Assembly (NCBI GenBank): GCA_010093815.1
Contig: ML996570.1
DNA length: 64,000 nucleotides
Strand: one strand, 5' to 3'
Source: Pseudovirgaria hyperparasitica
Taxonomy: Eukaryota
Below are positions 1 to 10,447 of the stretch, piece after piece. Every line of letters begins with the position of its first letter. Position 1 is the first letter of the stretch. The notes beneath the pieces were generated by a model. The model was not told the DNA's origin and searched no databases. It saw only the letters and a program-made list of their open reading frames with translations. Both the position numbers and the translations under genes were made by a program.

Positions 1-1254
1 TGTCGTCGTCGACGCTTTGTCCGCGCTCGTGACTGAAAGTGCAACAATAGATTCGTCGACCGACACGCTCTAAGAGGACGTACATGAGAGCTTCGAAGAT
101 GTCTCTGTGACTGGACTGGGAAGGGTCCAAGGCAGACAAGCATGCATTCAGGAATTGCGTTATTGCTCTGCCTAGATCTTGGGCCTGTGGGGTGTTCTGT
201 CGAGATTTGGGTTTTGTCTTGCCGAGCTGTGATCCTGTACCAGTAGTGTCAATGCTAGACCGCGCCGCTTTTGACTCTGCAGAATCTACTATGGCCTTAA
301 GAGCTACCTGGAACATGCGGGCGCAGCAGTACACGACATGAGCCGTCGGGTCTTCGAAGGCAGCTTGTCTCGGGATATTCGACAGGCCTAAGAGTAAGGT
401 CGAGAAGGCACAGGCAATAGCGCGAATGACATGCGCAATGTCGGATGCTGCTTTCCGTCTCGCTTTGACAGGCCCAGGTACACGAGCATTGCTTTCGACG
501 TCTGTTTCCTGGTGGTGTCTTTGAATCACGACCTTGAGGACTCCGCCGATAGAAGACGCTATAGACGCCAAATGGAAGCTCAGGTTTGGAGCGTCCGGTT
601 CAGAGCTCTTGCAGAGACATTGGACTTGCATGACGCTACGTAGAAGCGTGATGCCATCTGTGAACTGTTAGCTTTTTGCTACTTCCCTTCAAGCTCATAC
701 CGTCACCGAATGCAGCGATCGAATGCAAGGGCTCAAGGTGGGTCGTAATCGCAGTCTGTGAGGTAGGTCCACTGATGTCGCTGTTCAACTTCGGTTTCTT
801 TGCTGGTCGAGTCGAGACCGATTGCTTCCGTTTGCAACTTTTCACTGAAGTGGTGTGTGCTGCGCCGCTCGGCGATTCTGGTGCATCAGTCGGGTCTTTG
901 AGCAGCTTGATCTTCTGTTCTAGGTCTGTCACTCGGGCCTGCAATTCGCTTCTCGATTCCTCAGCAGCTTCATGTTGGGATTTCCAAAAAGCAACTTGAT
1001 CCACTACCCACTGCGGCGATCGTTGTCGATAGAGTGGCCCTTCCTTTAGATGTCCTCTAAGTCTCATCATATATTCTGATTTCCGTAAGCTGGGTGGACA
1101 TTGGGCTAACAATGCTCGTGATGACTGACTAACCTCTGACTGAGACGTCCGCAGGCTTGGACCGAACAATTGCTAAGGCAAAGGCTACTTGCAATCCGCT
1201 CGGCGTTATCGACTCATTGATGGCTTCTTTCGAAGCCGCGAATAAAGGCATCAT
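1..1254 (-). CDS. Hypothetical fungal protein with a short coiled-coil; multi-exon, runs off the window edge
   Basis: ATG at 1254 gives MMPLFAASKEAINESITPSGLQVAFALAIVRSKPADVSVR. A GTTAGT..CAG intron (~1133-1077) joins it to the 636..1169 ORF frame (EYMMRLRGHL...). A second GTATGA..CTAAC..CAG intron lies at ~701-658. No family recognised. Confidence 0.6.
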
Positions 1255-1482
1255 GGAAGCTGCCTCGGTGCGGGTTGATTACGAGGAAAGTTCAAATAGC
1301 CAAATAGGGAGAAGTCCTGTGGTTGCCAAGACTTTGCATTCTATACAGTCTGCTGTATACGCTGAGCAGGACGGCATATTATACGATCCATCGGGATAAT
1401 TTACAATTTTTTGGGGGGAATATTGTACAAAGGGAGAAATGTGTATACTTAAGTTTGTAATTGTGAGTGTATCTTTGCCACA

Positions 1483-2828
1483 TTATCTGTATCGCTCCGA
1501 GTCCTTCTTTTTGTACGGCAGAGACAATGGTTTTTTCCTCTTCAATTCAACATCCCAACCAGGGATGCCTGCCTTCTGCATTACTGCCTTCATGTTTTCG
1601 TCCCATACGGTTCGGAACATGTTGAAGCCGATTGGTCGCAGATTGTACTTGTCAATAAATGCTCGCAATTTGAAGCCATCCCTTTTCAATTTCGACCACG
1701 CCTTCACCTGCTCCGGGACCAGTGGATTCTCAGGGTCCTGCTCTAGGACAAATATGGGCATCCGATGATAAGGAGTGCCTTTCTGGGCGTGAGGGACCAG
1801 CCATGGGAGGATCGTGTGCTCATCCTTGAGCATAGCTAGCGGAAGGGATCTTTTGGTAGGTGAGATAGAAATGTTCGAGGCGATGTAGTGACACCTGTAG
1901 TCGAACGAGTCCTTCTCTAGATCGGGTACGTCTGCATCAAGGCAAACAACAGTGATGAGACGTTCACCTTTGTCAAACACTTGCACCTCCAGCTTCGGGA
2001 GTTTCTCGGTGATCGATGAGTCGATGATGGAGCCAGTTTGGTATGTTTTGCGACCGTACATGAGTTTGACTTCTGCTGTTGGCTCCAGCTTTGGTAGAAT
2101 ATCTGGCACGATGTTGAACTGCTTGATACGCTGCTCTGTTACGAGATAACGATACTTCCTCCATTCCCTGTCAGCAAGAAACCTGTAGATAGGCTTATTC
2201 ATATCGCCTACAAGCTGCTGTTAGTTTCCGACTCTGCACATCAGTACAATATACACGTACCATCTCCATCTTCAAACCTCTTCTTTACTAAGGGATCATT
2301 GTAATCTGCGTGAATCTTGAGATTCTCAAGCTCCTTGCGCATGCTAAGAACTTTGACCGTCTTGCGATTGTCTCCACCCAAGGCGTTCGCGTCCTGGGCT
2401 TCCAAATGTGCAAGCCTGGCTCTTTGCGTAGCGATTTTCTTCAACTTTTCTTCTCTGTCTTCTGCTAGAACTTTGCGGGCTTCCTGAAAGCACTGATACG
2501 GAAGTTGTTCAAAGGGTATTTGGACCGGTAGCAATGAAAGCGCTGCGCGACGTCGACGAGATCCAATGGGCACTCTCCCAGTTCGCAGTAAAGCTTGCTC
2601 GTGTCTACGTATTCGAACTTTATTCGGATCGAGCTCGTAATAGGGAATTCGGTCCGTTCGACGTCTTCGAACCTTTTGCACTGTTTCTTGCTCATCGAGG
2701 ATGCGAGGGGTGGTCGAGAACGGGCGGCCGGACAGTGTACAAGATTGAACAGACCCAAAGACCAAGTAATTGCAGTACAACTTGTTCGATAGAGGCCGGA
2801 TCGCCCGCGATGACGCTGCCATTGTCAT
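1483..2828 (-). CDS. MRPL35: Mitochondrial large ribosomal subunit protein mL38 (PEBP domain), 2 exons
   Basis: Arg/Ser-rich presequence, the motifs IGSRRRRAA..IPFEQLPYQCFQEARK and DMNKPIYRFLADREW, and a PEBP-like C-terminal half (DADVPD, PHAQKGTPYHR). GTACGT..CTAAC..TAG intron at ~2259-2208. Confidence 0.93.
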
Positions 2829-2983
2829 GCTGAGCAGGCGAACGAGGTGATGTGATGATCTTCTTGCGCGCAGTTAAAGTTCTCCAGGGTCGACGCGCTA
2901 AAGCGCCGACCGGATTTTCCTCTCACCTCCGAACTGCGATCATCAAGTTCGCAGCGTCTCCTACAACCCTTGCTAAGACAGAG

Positions 2984-3907
2984 ATGGCGGCCCCGAAGGG
3001 ATTATGGAGGTCTATCAGTTGCATTCATACCTCGGGTTGGTCTACATCGATGAAGGTAATTGATTATGTCCCGACATTATACTGTGTCTAATATTGTATC
3101 AAGGTCAGTCCTATTGTGAGACGAAACATCACAACCGAACTACCTCTCGAACACTCTTACAAGGCACCTGCGGGAGGAAAATTCCCACTGCAAGTACCTG
3201 AGCATATTCGACAGCCCAACATCACCACAACAATATACTCTTTTCCCGAACTAGAGCCTCTCCGGTTCGAACAATTCCCTGCTGACCACCTTCACCTACC
3301 TCTCCGTAAGGATATCCTCCATCGCGCTGTGATATTTGAAGGCGACAACACGAGACTAGGGACAGCATCAACGAAGTGGCGGCGAGAGGTGCACGGCTCT
3401 ACCAAGAAAGTACATCCTCAGAAAGGCATGGGAAAAGCCCGTGTTGGAGACAAGAAGAGTCCTATCCGGCGGGGTGGAGGTGTGGCCTTTGGTCCCAAAC
3501 CAAGAGATTTCGGTACCGAGCTCCCGCAGAAGGTCTACGATCTTGCGTGGCGGACAGCTCTAAGTTACCGATATCGCAAGGGTGAATTGACAATTGTAGA
3601 TGGCACTATTGAGGTTCCGCCCAATAGTGCTGAAGACACGGTCAGAAAGCTGTTTGGAGACGATTACCCGCTGAATCCTTCCCAGGGAGGGAATCTAGTG
3701 GTATCTTGTGTTGAGCCTGTCAATTTGGCGAAGGCGATGGAATACACGTCGAGATACGGTTTAGCGGTGTCGATGCTCGACGTCGATGTGAAAGATCTCT
3801 TGAAGCAAGGACGGATCGTTATTGAGCTACAGGCACTAAAAATTCTACTGGCGTCGCATGCAAGCGATCTACAACCAGCGAGAGCTAAATTATTGGTGGA
3901 TCGGTAG
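2984..3907 (+). CDS. YML6: Mitochondrial large ribosomal subunit protein uL4m, 2 exons
   Basis: L4 signature TASTKWRREVHGSTKKVHPQKGMGKARVG..SPIRRGGGVAFGPKPRDF. ATG at 2984, GTAATT..CTAAT..AAG intron at ~3056-3103. Confidence 0.93.
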
Positions 3908-4063
3908 TAAGAAACGCTCGACAAAATACGACACGAATCGAGTCGCGTCATGCCTACAGGGTCGAAGGGGGAATGACTATTCGACTTATGAACGGCTCAT
4001 GTACATTTTGTGGCATATTTCCTCATCCATATTCCGATGTACAAGTACTGGGCTACCGTGCAG

Positions 4064-4840
4064 CTAATTCGAGGCATTGCTCGCTTTTATCGCTTTTGTC
4101 GGTCCCTGATAGAACAGCATGAGCTCCCTTCCAAGCGCTCCTTCCTGCGACTTGTATTCCTTCGTCCCCTCAATCTCAGCAGCAGTAGCTCGAACCGTGT
4201 CAAGAACATGTTGACAATACTCATGGTCAGGGACCTTCTTCCCCGCTTTCTTCAAAAGTACCACCTCGACTTTCTTTCCGGAAGACAGGAATTCTTTAAA
4301 ATATTTCATTTTGGTATTGACTAGATCGTGATTGTCGGTGCCCCATCCTATCTCCAGCATTTTCCCTTTGTTGGCTTTTTCTTGCTTCTTGCGCAACTTC
4401 TCCAGCTCTTGCGCACGATGTTGGAGTTTTCTGAGCTCAGTTTTGGTCACGAGTTTACAAACAGGAAGGGAGTCTAGATTGTTCTTATCGGCTGGCTTCA
4501 GTAGGATGACATGCTCTTGTATACGTTCGGTCTTTCGCAAAAGTTTCGGGAGGTCGACTTCGCGCTCGAATGAGCCATCCGGTCGTACCAAATCGATATA
4601 CCGCACTCCAATTTGGTCATCAACGACGTGTGCTGTTGGTGATGCTGCAGCTGTGTTTGAGCGTTTCGGTCCATATCTCTGTTTCTCCCATGGTGAGATA
4701 CTGATACGGCGCGTTTGGGCGTGTGAAGGAGGAAGCGCTGGAGGCCTGCAAAGGTGCGGCGTCTGTTGTAAAGTAGCTGTCGGGCGGACAAAAACTCTAA
4801 ATAGAGCTTGTGCTGTTGCTCTACAATCGCGCAGGGACAT
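4064..4840 (-). CDS. Mitochondrial translation initiation factor IF3-like protein
   Basis: Presequence from MSLRDCR (ATG 4840). IF3-like elements DDQIGVRYIDLV, PVCKL, KMLEIGWGTDNHDL..KMKYFKEFLSSGKKVEVVL. Confidence 0.8.
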   Translation of the reverse strand: MSLRDCRATAQALFRVFVRPTATLQQTPHLCRPPALPPSHAQTRRISISPWEKQRYGPKRSNTAAASPTAHVVDDQIGVRYIDLVRPDGSFEREVDLPKLLRKTERIQEHVILLKPADKNNLDSLPVCKLVTKTELRKLQHRAQELEKLRKKQEKANKGKMLEIGWGTDNHDLVNTKMKYFKEFLSSGKKVEVVLLKKAGKKVPDHEYCQHVLDTVRATAAEIEGTKEYKSQEGALGRELMLFYQGPTKAIKASNASN

Positions 4841-4963
4841 GTCAAGGACTGGAAACGGGTCTAAGAAATCGATGGTGTATGGTATGCAGTGCTGCAAAAC
4901 TACAGAGCCTGGTCTTCGGAGGTCTTTACCTTCGCCGAAACTGCTAGGATAGGTGGTTCTAAG

Positions 4964-5572
4964 GAGGGTTCCTCAAGCGTCCAGCGTATTTTAGTGTTCT
5001 AAACGTTCGAAACAAAGCTTTACTAAGTAATCATGTAGTTAATAGTTTAGCCGAAGTAATCTCCGGTACCCTTCTATTCTTCTCTCTTTCTCTTTCTCTC
5101 TCCCTCTCTTCCTCCTCCCCTCTCTCTATAGTATATATAATTTTAACTAATTTTGACCTTATAGGTTTAAAATAACATATATATACGTGTTTTTGACTGA
5201 TTTTGACCTCACAGGCTTCAAAACAACACTTATACACGTGTTTTTGACTGATTTTGACTGATTTTGACCTTGCAGGCTTCAAAACAACACTGATTACACG
5301 TGTGTTTGACTGATTTTGACTGATTTTGACCTTGCAGGCTTCAAAACAACACTGATTACACGTGCTTTTGACTGATTTTAACTGATTTTAACCTCACAAG
5401 CTTCAAAACAACACCAATTACACGTGTTTTTAACTGATTTAAACCTTATAGGCTACGGATATACACGTGCTTTAAGCTTATTCTATATTACTTAGTAAGA
5501 CGGCTTAGATATTCCGTATAATAGCCGCCTCGTATAGTATACATAATATAGCTGGACGCTTGAGTAACCCTC
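4964..5572. mobile_element. Non-autonomous DNA transposon (MITE-like), 609 bp
   Basis: TIRs GAGGGTTcCTCAAGCGTCCAGC (4964-4985) and GCTGGACGCTTGAGtAACCCTC (5551-5572) match at 21/22. Perfect 8-bp TSD GTTCTAAG at 4956-4963 and 5573-5580. AT-rich non-coding interior. Confidence 0.92.
5141..5470. repeat. Tandem array of ~6 units (43-62 bp) inside the MITE
   Basis: Unit ~CACGTGTTTTTGACTGATTTTGACTGATTTTGACCTTGCAGGCTTCAAAACAACACTGATTA. CACGTG at 5235, 5297, 5359, 5421 and 5464, with TACGTG at 5184. Confidence 0.92.
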
Positions 5573-5960
5573 GTTCTAAGAGCGTTGTTGGGACAGAAAC
5601 CGTCACGTGCGGGTATAGGCGAGAAACTTATACAGTCCTACTAATTATAGACTTCTTAGTAGTCTATTATCTACTTCTATACCTTTATCACAGAGTCTAG
5701 TAGGGATTTAACTCTATAATTTTTCAGAGTAAGCTTCTAAGTCTTCTTATCTTCTAAACTCTATAAAAAAAGAATATCTTAATACTATTTCTCTATATTT
5801 CCATACTCTGCTGCTTATTTTACTACCATTTTAGTCAGACCTAGAAGCGTCTTCTTGCTTAATCAAATGTAGGCTGAGCTTACTATTATTCTAGCTGCCT
5901 ACCGATACCGCGCACCCTCAAGCACCGGTAGTTCGTTACATCAGCTATACACCTCATACT

Positions 5961-6959
5961 ATGTCTCTTGTTGATTCGAACTGCAATTTCAGGAACGAAG
6001 TTCAGCACCTGCGAGCAACGTATGAGCGTAAACGGAACTCAACGAACCTGTATCCACCGGTTGGACGCCCTGTGTATGGGATTGAAGTAAGAGCAGTGGA
6101 CGACATCGACCAACACACGTTCTGGTACGAACTAGAAGATTCGAAAAACCTACAATGTATTAGACTTTACGACATACCTGGAACTCTTTCGGGTGATATC
6201 CTGCGACTAAATAAACAGCTGCCAACCATGTCGAACGAGAAGAATTACGAAATCCAAGGAGATAAAATTGTGCCGCTAGAAACTGTACCGACGCCGCGCA
6301 GATTTGAGTCAGACGCTGAAAACCTTACATCTGAGCTCTGTAAGCTTCCCGAGATTGCTGTTGACCCGGACAAGCATTTTGTCAAGCAAGGCAAATATCG
6401 TAGTGAGATCAGAAATCTTCTCACTTGCCAAGGCGGGTCTTGTCCTGGTGTACCAATCTCGCCTCATATCATCCAACTCTTGGGCAAATCTGCAGATGGA
6501 CACTTAGTGTTTGAAAAACAAAACCCACGCTATATCCTAGCCTTTGTACATGATTTTTGCCGATACAGATCTTGGATTCTCCAAATCATTACTGGCCTGG
6601 CGGCTCTACACTCTGTCGGAATCGTGCACCGTGACTTGCGTATCGACAATCTTGTTTTCAGCACTGATGCCACTCGAGTCTGGATAATTGACCTCGAGGG
6701 TCGTTGGGGAAATTGGCGGGCGCCCGAAGTATCGGACGGAGCCGGCCTTGATGCAGGCTGGACGGAAATGTCTGATATTTACGATCTGGGCTCGCTCATC
6801 AAGGATATGATATATGGTAACGTTCCTCTTACCTTGCAGGTTGACTGGGACGCACCAACGCTGTTGAAGCCTGTTGTCGAAGCATGTACACGGGATTCAC
6901 CCTCAGACCGGCCGTCCCTATCCCGGCTCCATGATATGGTAACAGGTATCGCGGCGTAA
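5961..6959 (+). CDS. Intronless protein kinase-like protein (unclassified fungal Ser/Thr kinase fold)
   Basis: FVK lysine, HIIQLLG, LHSVGIVHRDLRIDNLV catalytic loop, IIDLE (DFG equivalent), RAPE, SDIYDLG, C-terminal PSDRPS. Confidence 0.82.
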   Translation: MSLVDSNCNFRNEVQHLRATYERKRNSTNLYPPVGRPVYGIEVRAVDDIDQHTFWYELEDSKNLQCIRLYDIPGTLSGDILRLNKQLPTMSNEKNYEIQGDKIVPLETVPTPRRFESDAENLTSELCKLPEIAVDPDKHFVKQGKYRSEIRNLLTCQGGSCPGVPISPHIIQLLGKSADGHLVFEKQNPRYILAFVHDFCRYRSWILQIITGLAALHSVGIVHRDLRIDNLVFSTDATRVWIIDLEGRWGNWRAPEVSDGAGLDAGWTEMSDIYDLGSLIKDMIYGNVPLTLQVDWDAPTLLKPVVEACTRDSPSDRPSLSRLHDMVTGIAA

Positions 6960-7654
6960 TTATACATCTGGTCGTCAGAAGCAGTCCCCGAGCTCATAAC
7001 AGTAAAGAAAGTGTATGGAGTGCTTAGATGTCGCGTCTGAAGTCATGTTAGCTCCTTTAGCAATAGCAATCTAATATGTTCTCTTATTCCGAGGTGAAGA
7101 CTCATACATACAAACGCCAAGTACAACGACCAGAGGTCAATGAACATTTACAGTTTTTTTTTTCAATCTCTTATAGTCTCATGACTATTATCTCTTTCCT
7201 ATAGTACGATAAAGATAATTAAGTTTGATAGATATAATTAAAGTATGTCTATAATAAATCACAAGGGTACGTAGGCAACTATTAACTCTTCAATCGCTAA
7301 CGTGTCGCTATTACATAGAAACCAAATCTTCGAAGACGTAGAACCTTACATATACGATCGAGTGTGAGATAAATGGAAGTCATATTTGTCATAGTATTCA
7401 GATTTATACTGCGTTCTTAAGAGGAATAAAATTAGATATTTAATAGCTATCATAAGACGAGACGAGACGGGACGGGATGACATAATCGAAACCCCATAAC
7501 GGACGGCCCATGCACTTATCATCCGGCCGGATCGTCATTTGGTATCACGTTTGAGTACCGCAGAAACCCTAGCATTCCTCATTCTCGACTACAGTACTGG
7601 ATAATGCACAGGTGCATCGTAGTCTCCTGTGGTTAGAAAACGTATAGTCGGGCC

Positions 7655-8314
7655 ATGACGAGCTGGCTTCGCGAATACAGTTCTGCTCTTGAGGCTCGAG
7701 ATGCTCAAGAGCACGGTAACAGTCACATAATTCGTTCTTGTAAGCATAAAAAGCCTAGGTAACTCATGTCTGCTAAATTTTGCCCAGATACGAAGCTCGC
7801 TGATCGGGTGTGTGAGCTCGAGACTGCTGCCGCAACTGCAACTCCTCCGCTACCACCTATAAGCACATCACCCCCAAAAGGACGACAAGCGTCTGTGAAG
7901 GCACAATCACCTTCTCCCGGTCCACTGGACAAGGATGCTGTGTCCAGAATCCGATCAGACCTTCAAAATACCCAACGCGCCCGACAAACTTTACAGTCGC
8001 AGCTGTCTTCAGCTACCTCGACCGTCACATCATTGCGCTCGCAACTCGCAGCTCAGGGGTCACAGGTCGCTCAGCTCGCGCGGACGAAAGAGCTCCTTGA
8101 ACGTAAAGTAAAAGATAGGAATGAAGAGATTAAGGGCAAGGGAAGGCTAGCTACAGAGGCCCAGGACGAAATGGTAGCGCTCCAGTTGCAACTAAACGTA
8201 CTTGAGAAACAGAACGAAGATCTAAAGAAGGAGAACCAGATGCTTGTCCAACGATGGATGACGGAAATGGGGCAAAGAGCTGAAAAGATGAACTTGGACT
8301 CAAAGTGGGAGTAG
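7655..8314 (+). CDS. ATG16: Autophagy protein 16, 2 exons
   Basis: Exon 1 MTSWLREYSSALEARD is a typical Atg5-binding helix. GTAAGC..CTAAA..CAG intron at ~7740-7787. Coiled coil with QDEMVALQLQLN..LKKENQMLVQRWM..AEKMN. Confidence 0.9.
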
Positions 8315-8482
8315 GAGCGTCAATTAAGTTGCGAAAGCACGAATATACGACACAACAGTAAAGCCTCTGCGACATGCAGTTCGATCTATGCTGGCATACA
8401 ATACGCCCCAACAACCCCATATGCTCTCAACACGGATCCAAACACCGACGACGCCGTAACAATGCAAGGCGAAAAGATTCTA

Positions 8483-9974
8483 TCACTGCTGTGCACAGCC
8501 CGGGACTTCGTCTCCCTCACCATCGTCATCTTCCCAGTCGCCACCGGCCTGCTCTTCGACTTCTTCGAGATCCACCCCAACAAAGTCTCTCTCATCAACT
8601 TCATTATCGATTTTGATAGGCTGTGCGGGTTTCGGAAGAATATCTCGAAGGTGTTTGATAGACGCCTCGTCTTTGATCCATCCATCTTTGGGGAAGTCAA
8701 TAGTGACATTTAAGAAAAGGTCGCCTTTGGCATCAGATCGCTTTATCGGCATTCCTTCCCCAGCAATTTTCAGCCATTGTCCCGGACTCAAGATTTTGCC
8801 CTTGGGTTGTGTGATACGCAGTTGTATCCCTCGGCCATCAAGATGTTTCAGAACGACGCGATCGAATCCTGTCAATGCTTCTGCGAGCGTGATATGCAAT
8901 TCGGCTCTCAAATTATTTCCAACTCTCTCGAAGACCTCGTGGGGTTCCTGCTCCAGTGTCCAGACAATATCGCCAGGTTCTTGCCCAGGATACGCATCTG
9001 CTTCACCGGCAGAAATAATCTTTTCCCCATGCTGCGCGCCTGGCGGGATGTAAAGCTCGACCATATTCTTGGAATCGATGACTCCGGCACCCTTACATTT
9101 CTTGCATTTTTCCTTGTCCTTGAAGACCTGCCCCTGGCCCAAACAGTTCGTACACTCGGATATTTGTTCTGTGAGAAACTGGCCCTGTTGTAACAAACGC
9201 TTCACGGCTCCTGCACAACATCGTTAGCGGAACGGCTGGCTTTTTCGGTTGTCAAAGCCCCTACCTCTTCCACCACATACGCTACAGGAATGCGACTTCG
9301 CTTTGTCTTTTCCGCCCTTCCCATTGCACGTCGTGCAAGGAATCTTCTTGTCTAGCTTAAACCTCGACGTCTTGCCTTTGTACAGCTCTTCAAGAGTGAC
9401 GGTGTAATTCTGCTCCGCATTTTTGCCTTTCTTCGGCCTCGGCGGTGGTCGACCCATGCCGCCCATTCCAGGAAATCCACCTTCAAAGCCAGGCATACCC
9501 CCCATTCCACCCATACCCCCTGAGGCAAACATATTGAAAAGGTCGTTCATATCCATTCCTTCGCCCATACCACCAGATCCTTGGCTCTTATCAAAGGCAG
9601 ACATACCGTGCGTGTCGTACAAATGCCTCGAGTTGTCATCTGAGAGGATTTCATAGGCCTCTTGTACGGCTTTGAATTTGATTTCGGCGGCGGGTCGTTC
9701 ATCCTCGGACACTTTGTCGGGATGACTTCGCAGTGCAGCCTATGGAAGGTCAGCAATACACGCAGTCATCTAGCACGCCGCGACTGACTTTGCGGTATGC
9801 CTTCCGTATCTCGTCTTTATCAGCGTTCTTCTGTATTTCTAACACCTCTACTGCAAATGAGCGGGAATATCTTTTAACGGATCGATCGTACCATAGAGAT
9901 CTGCTTCTGCTGTTCCAGCCACTTCATATGAGGTCAGCGCATGTCTTGACAGTATTGTGCGTCATATACGTACT
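8483..9974 (-). CDS. Type I Hsp40/DnaJ (Ydj1/Xdj1/Mas5 class) with C-terminal CaaX
   Basis: J domain after splicing (DLYEVLEI..EIRKAYRKAALRSHPDKV), G/F/M-rich linker, four CxxCxGxG zinc repeats, DnaJ C domain, C-terminus CAQQ. Four introns inferred; the start codon appears split by intron 1. Confidence 0.92.
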
Positions 9975-10447
9975 AGCTTTGAGGGATTGTGTAGAAGAAA
10001 CTAGGGCGTGTCGGCGGGATTTATAGTGTTATAAAGACGGCGGAGGTGTGCGCTCGCGAAAGATCGGAAAATTAGATGTGATATAAAGTCGAGGGTAGAA
10101 CTATCATGGGAGTACAGAGTTCTGTCGTAGATGCAAAGTATAATGCTGTAAATGACGAGAACGGAAAAATGTTGCATTGAGTCTCAAGATCGCGCTTGGC
10201 GTGACCTGCCGACAGGTGCCGGCTTTTGACCCAAACCCAGGTAGGTGGCAGGCATAATCCGACGCTAATTACTCAAGCGTACGTAGCGGCAGGGCGGGTG
10301 GGTCACCCATGGATGAGCAGTAGTCAAGCCAAGGCGGAACCCACCTATTAGTATTTGCGGACTAACTACCTAGGTAGCTAATAGCTAGCTAATCATCATT
10401 GATAAGTTGTCGTCGAGACTATTCAAGACAGGACACTGCATTTTGCT

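Noticed and set aside
5141..5470. CRISPR-like regularly spaced repeats
   Set aside because: Whole units repeat with no unique spacers, no cas genes are present, and the array lies inside TIRs in a eukaryotic genome.
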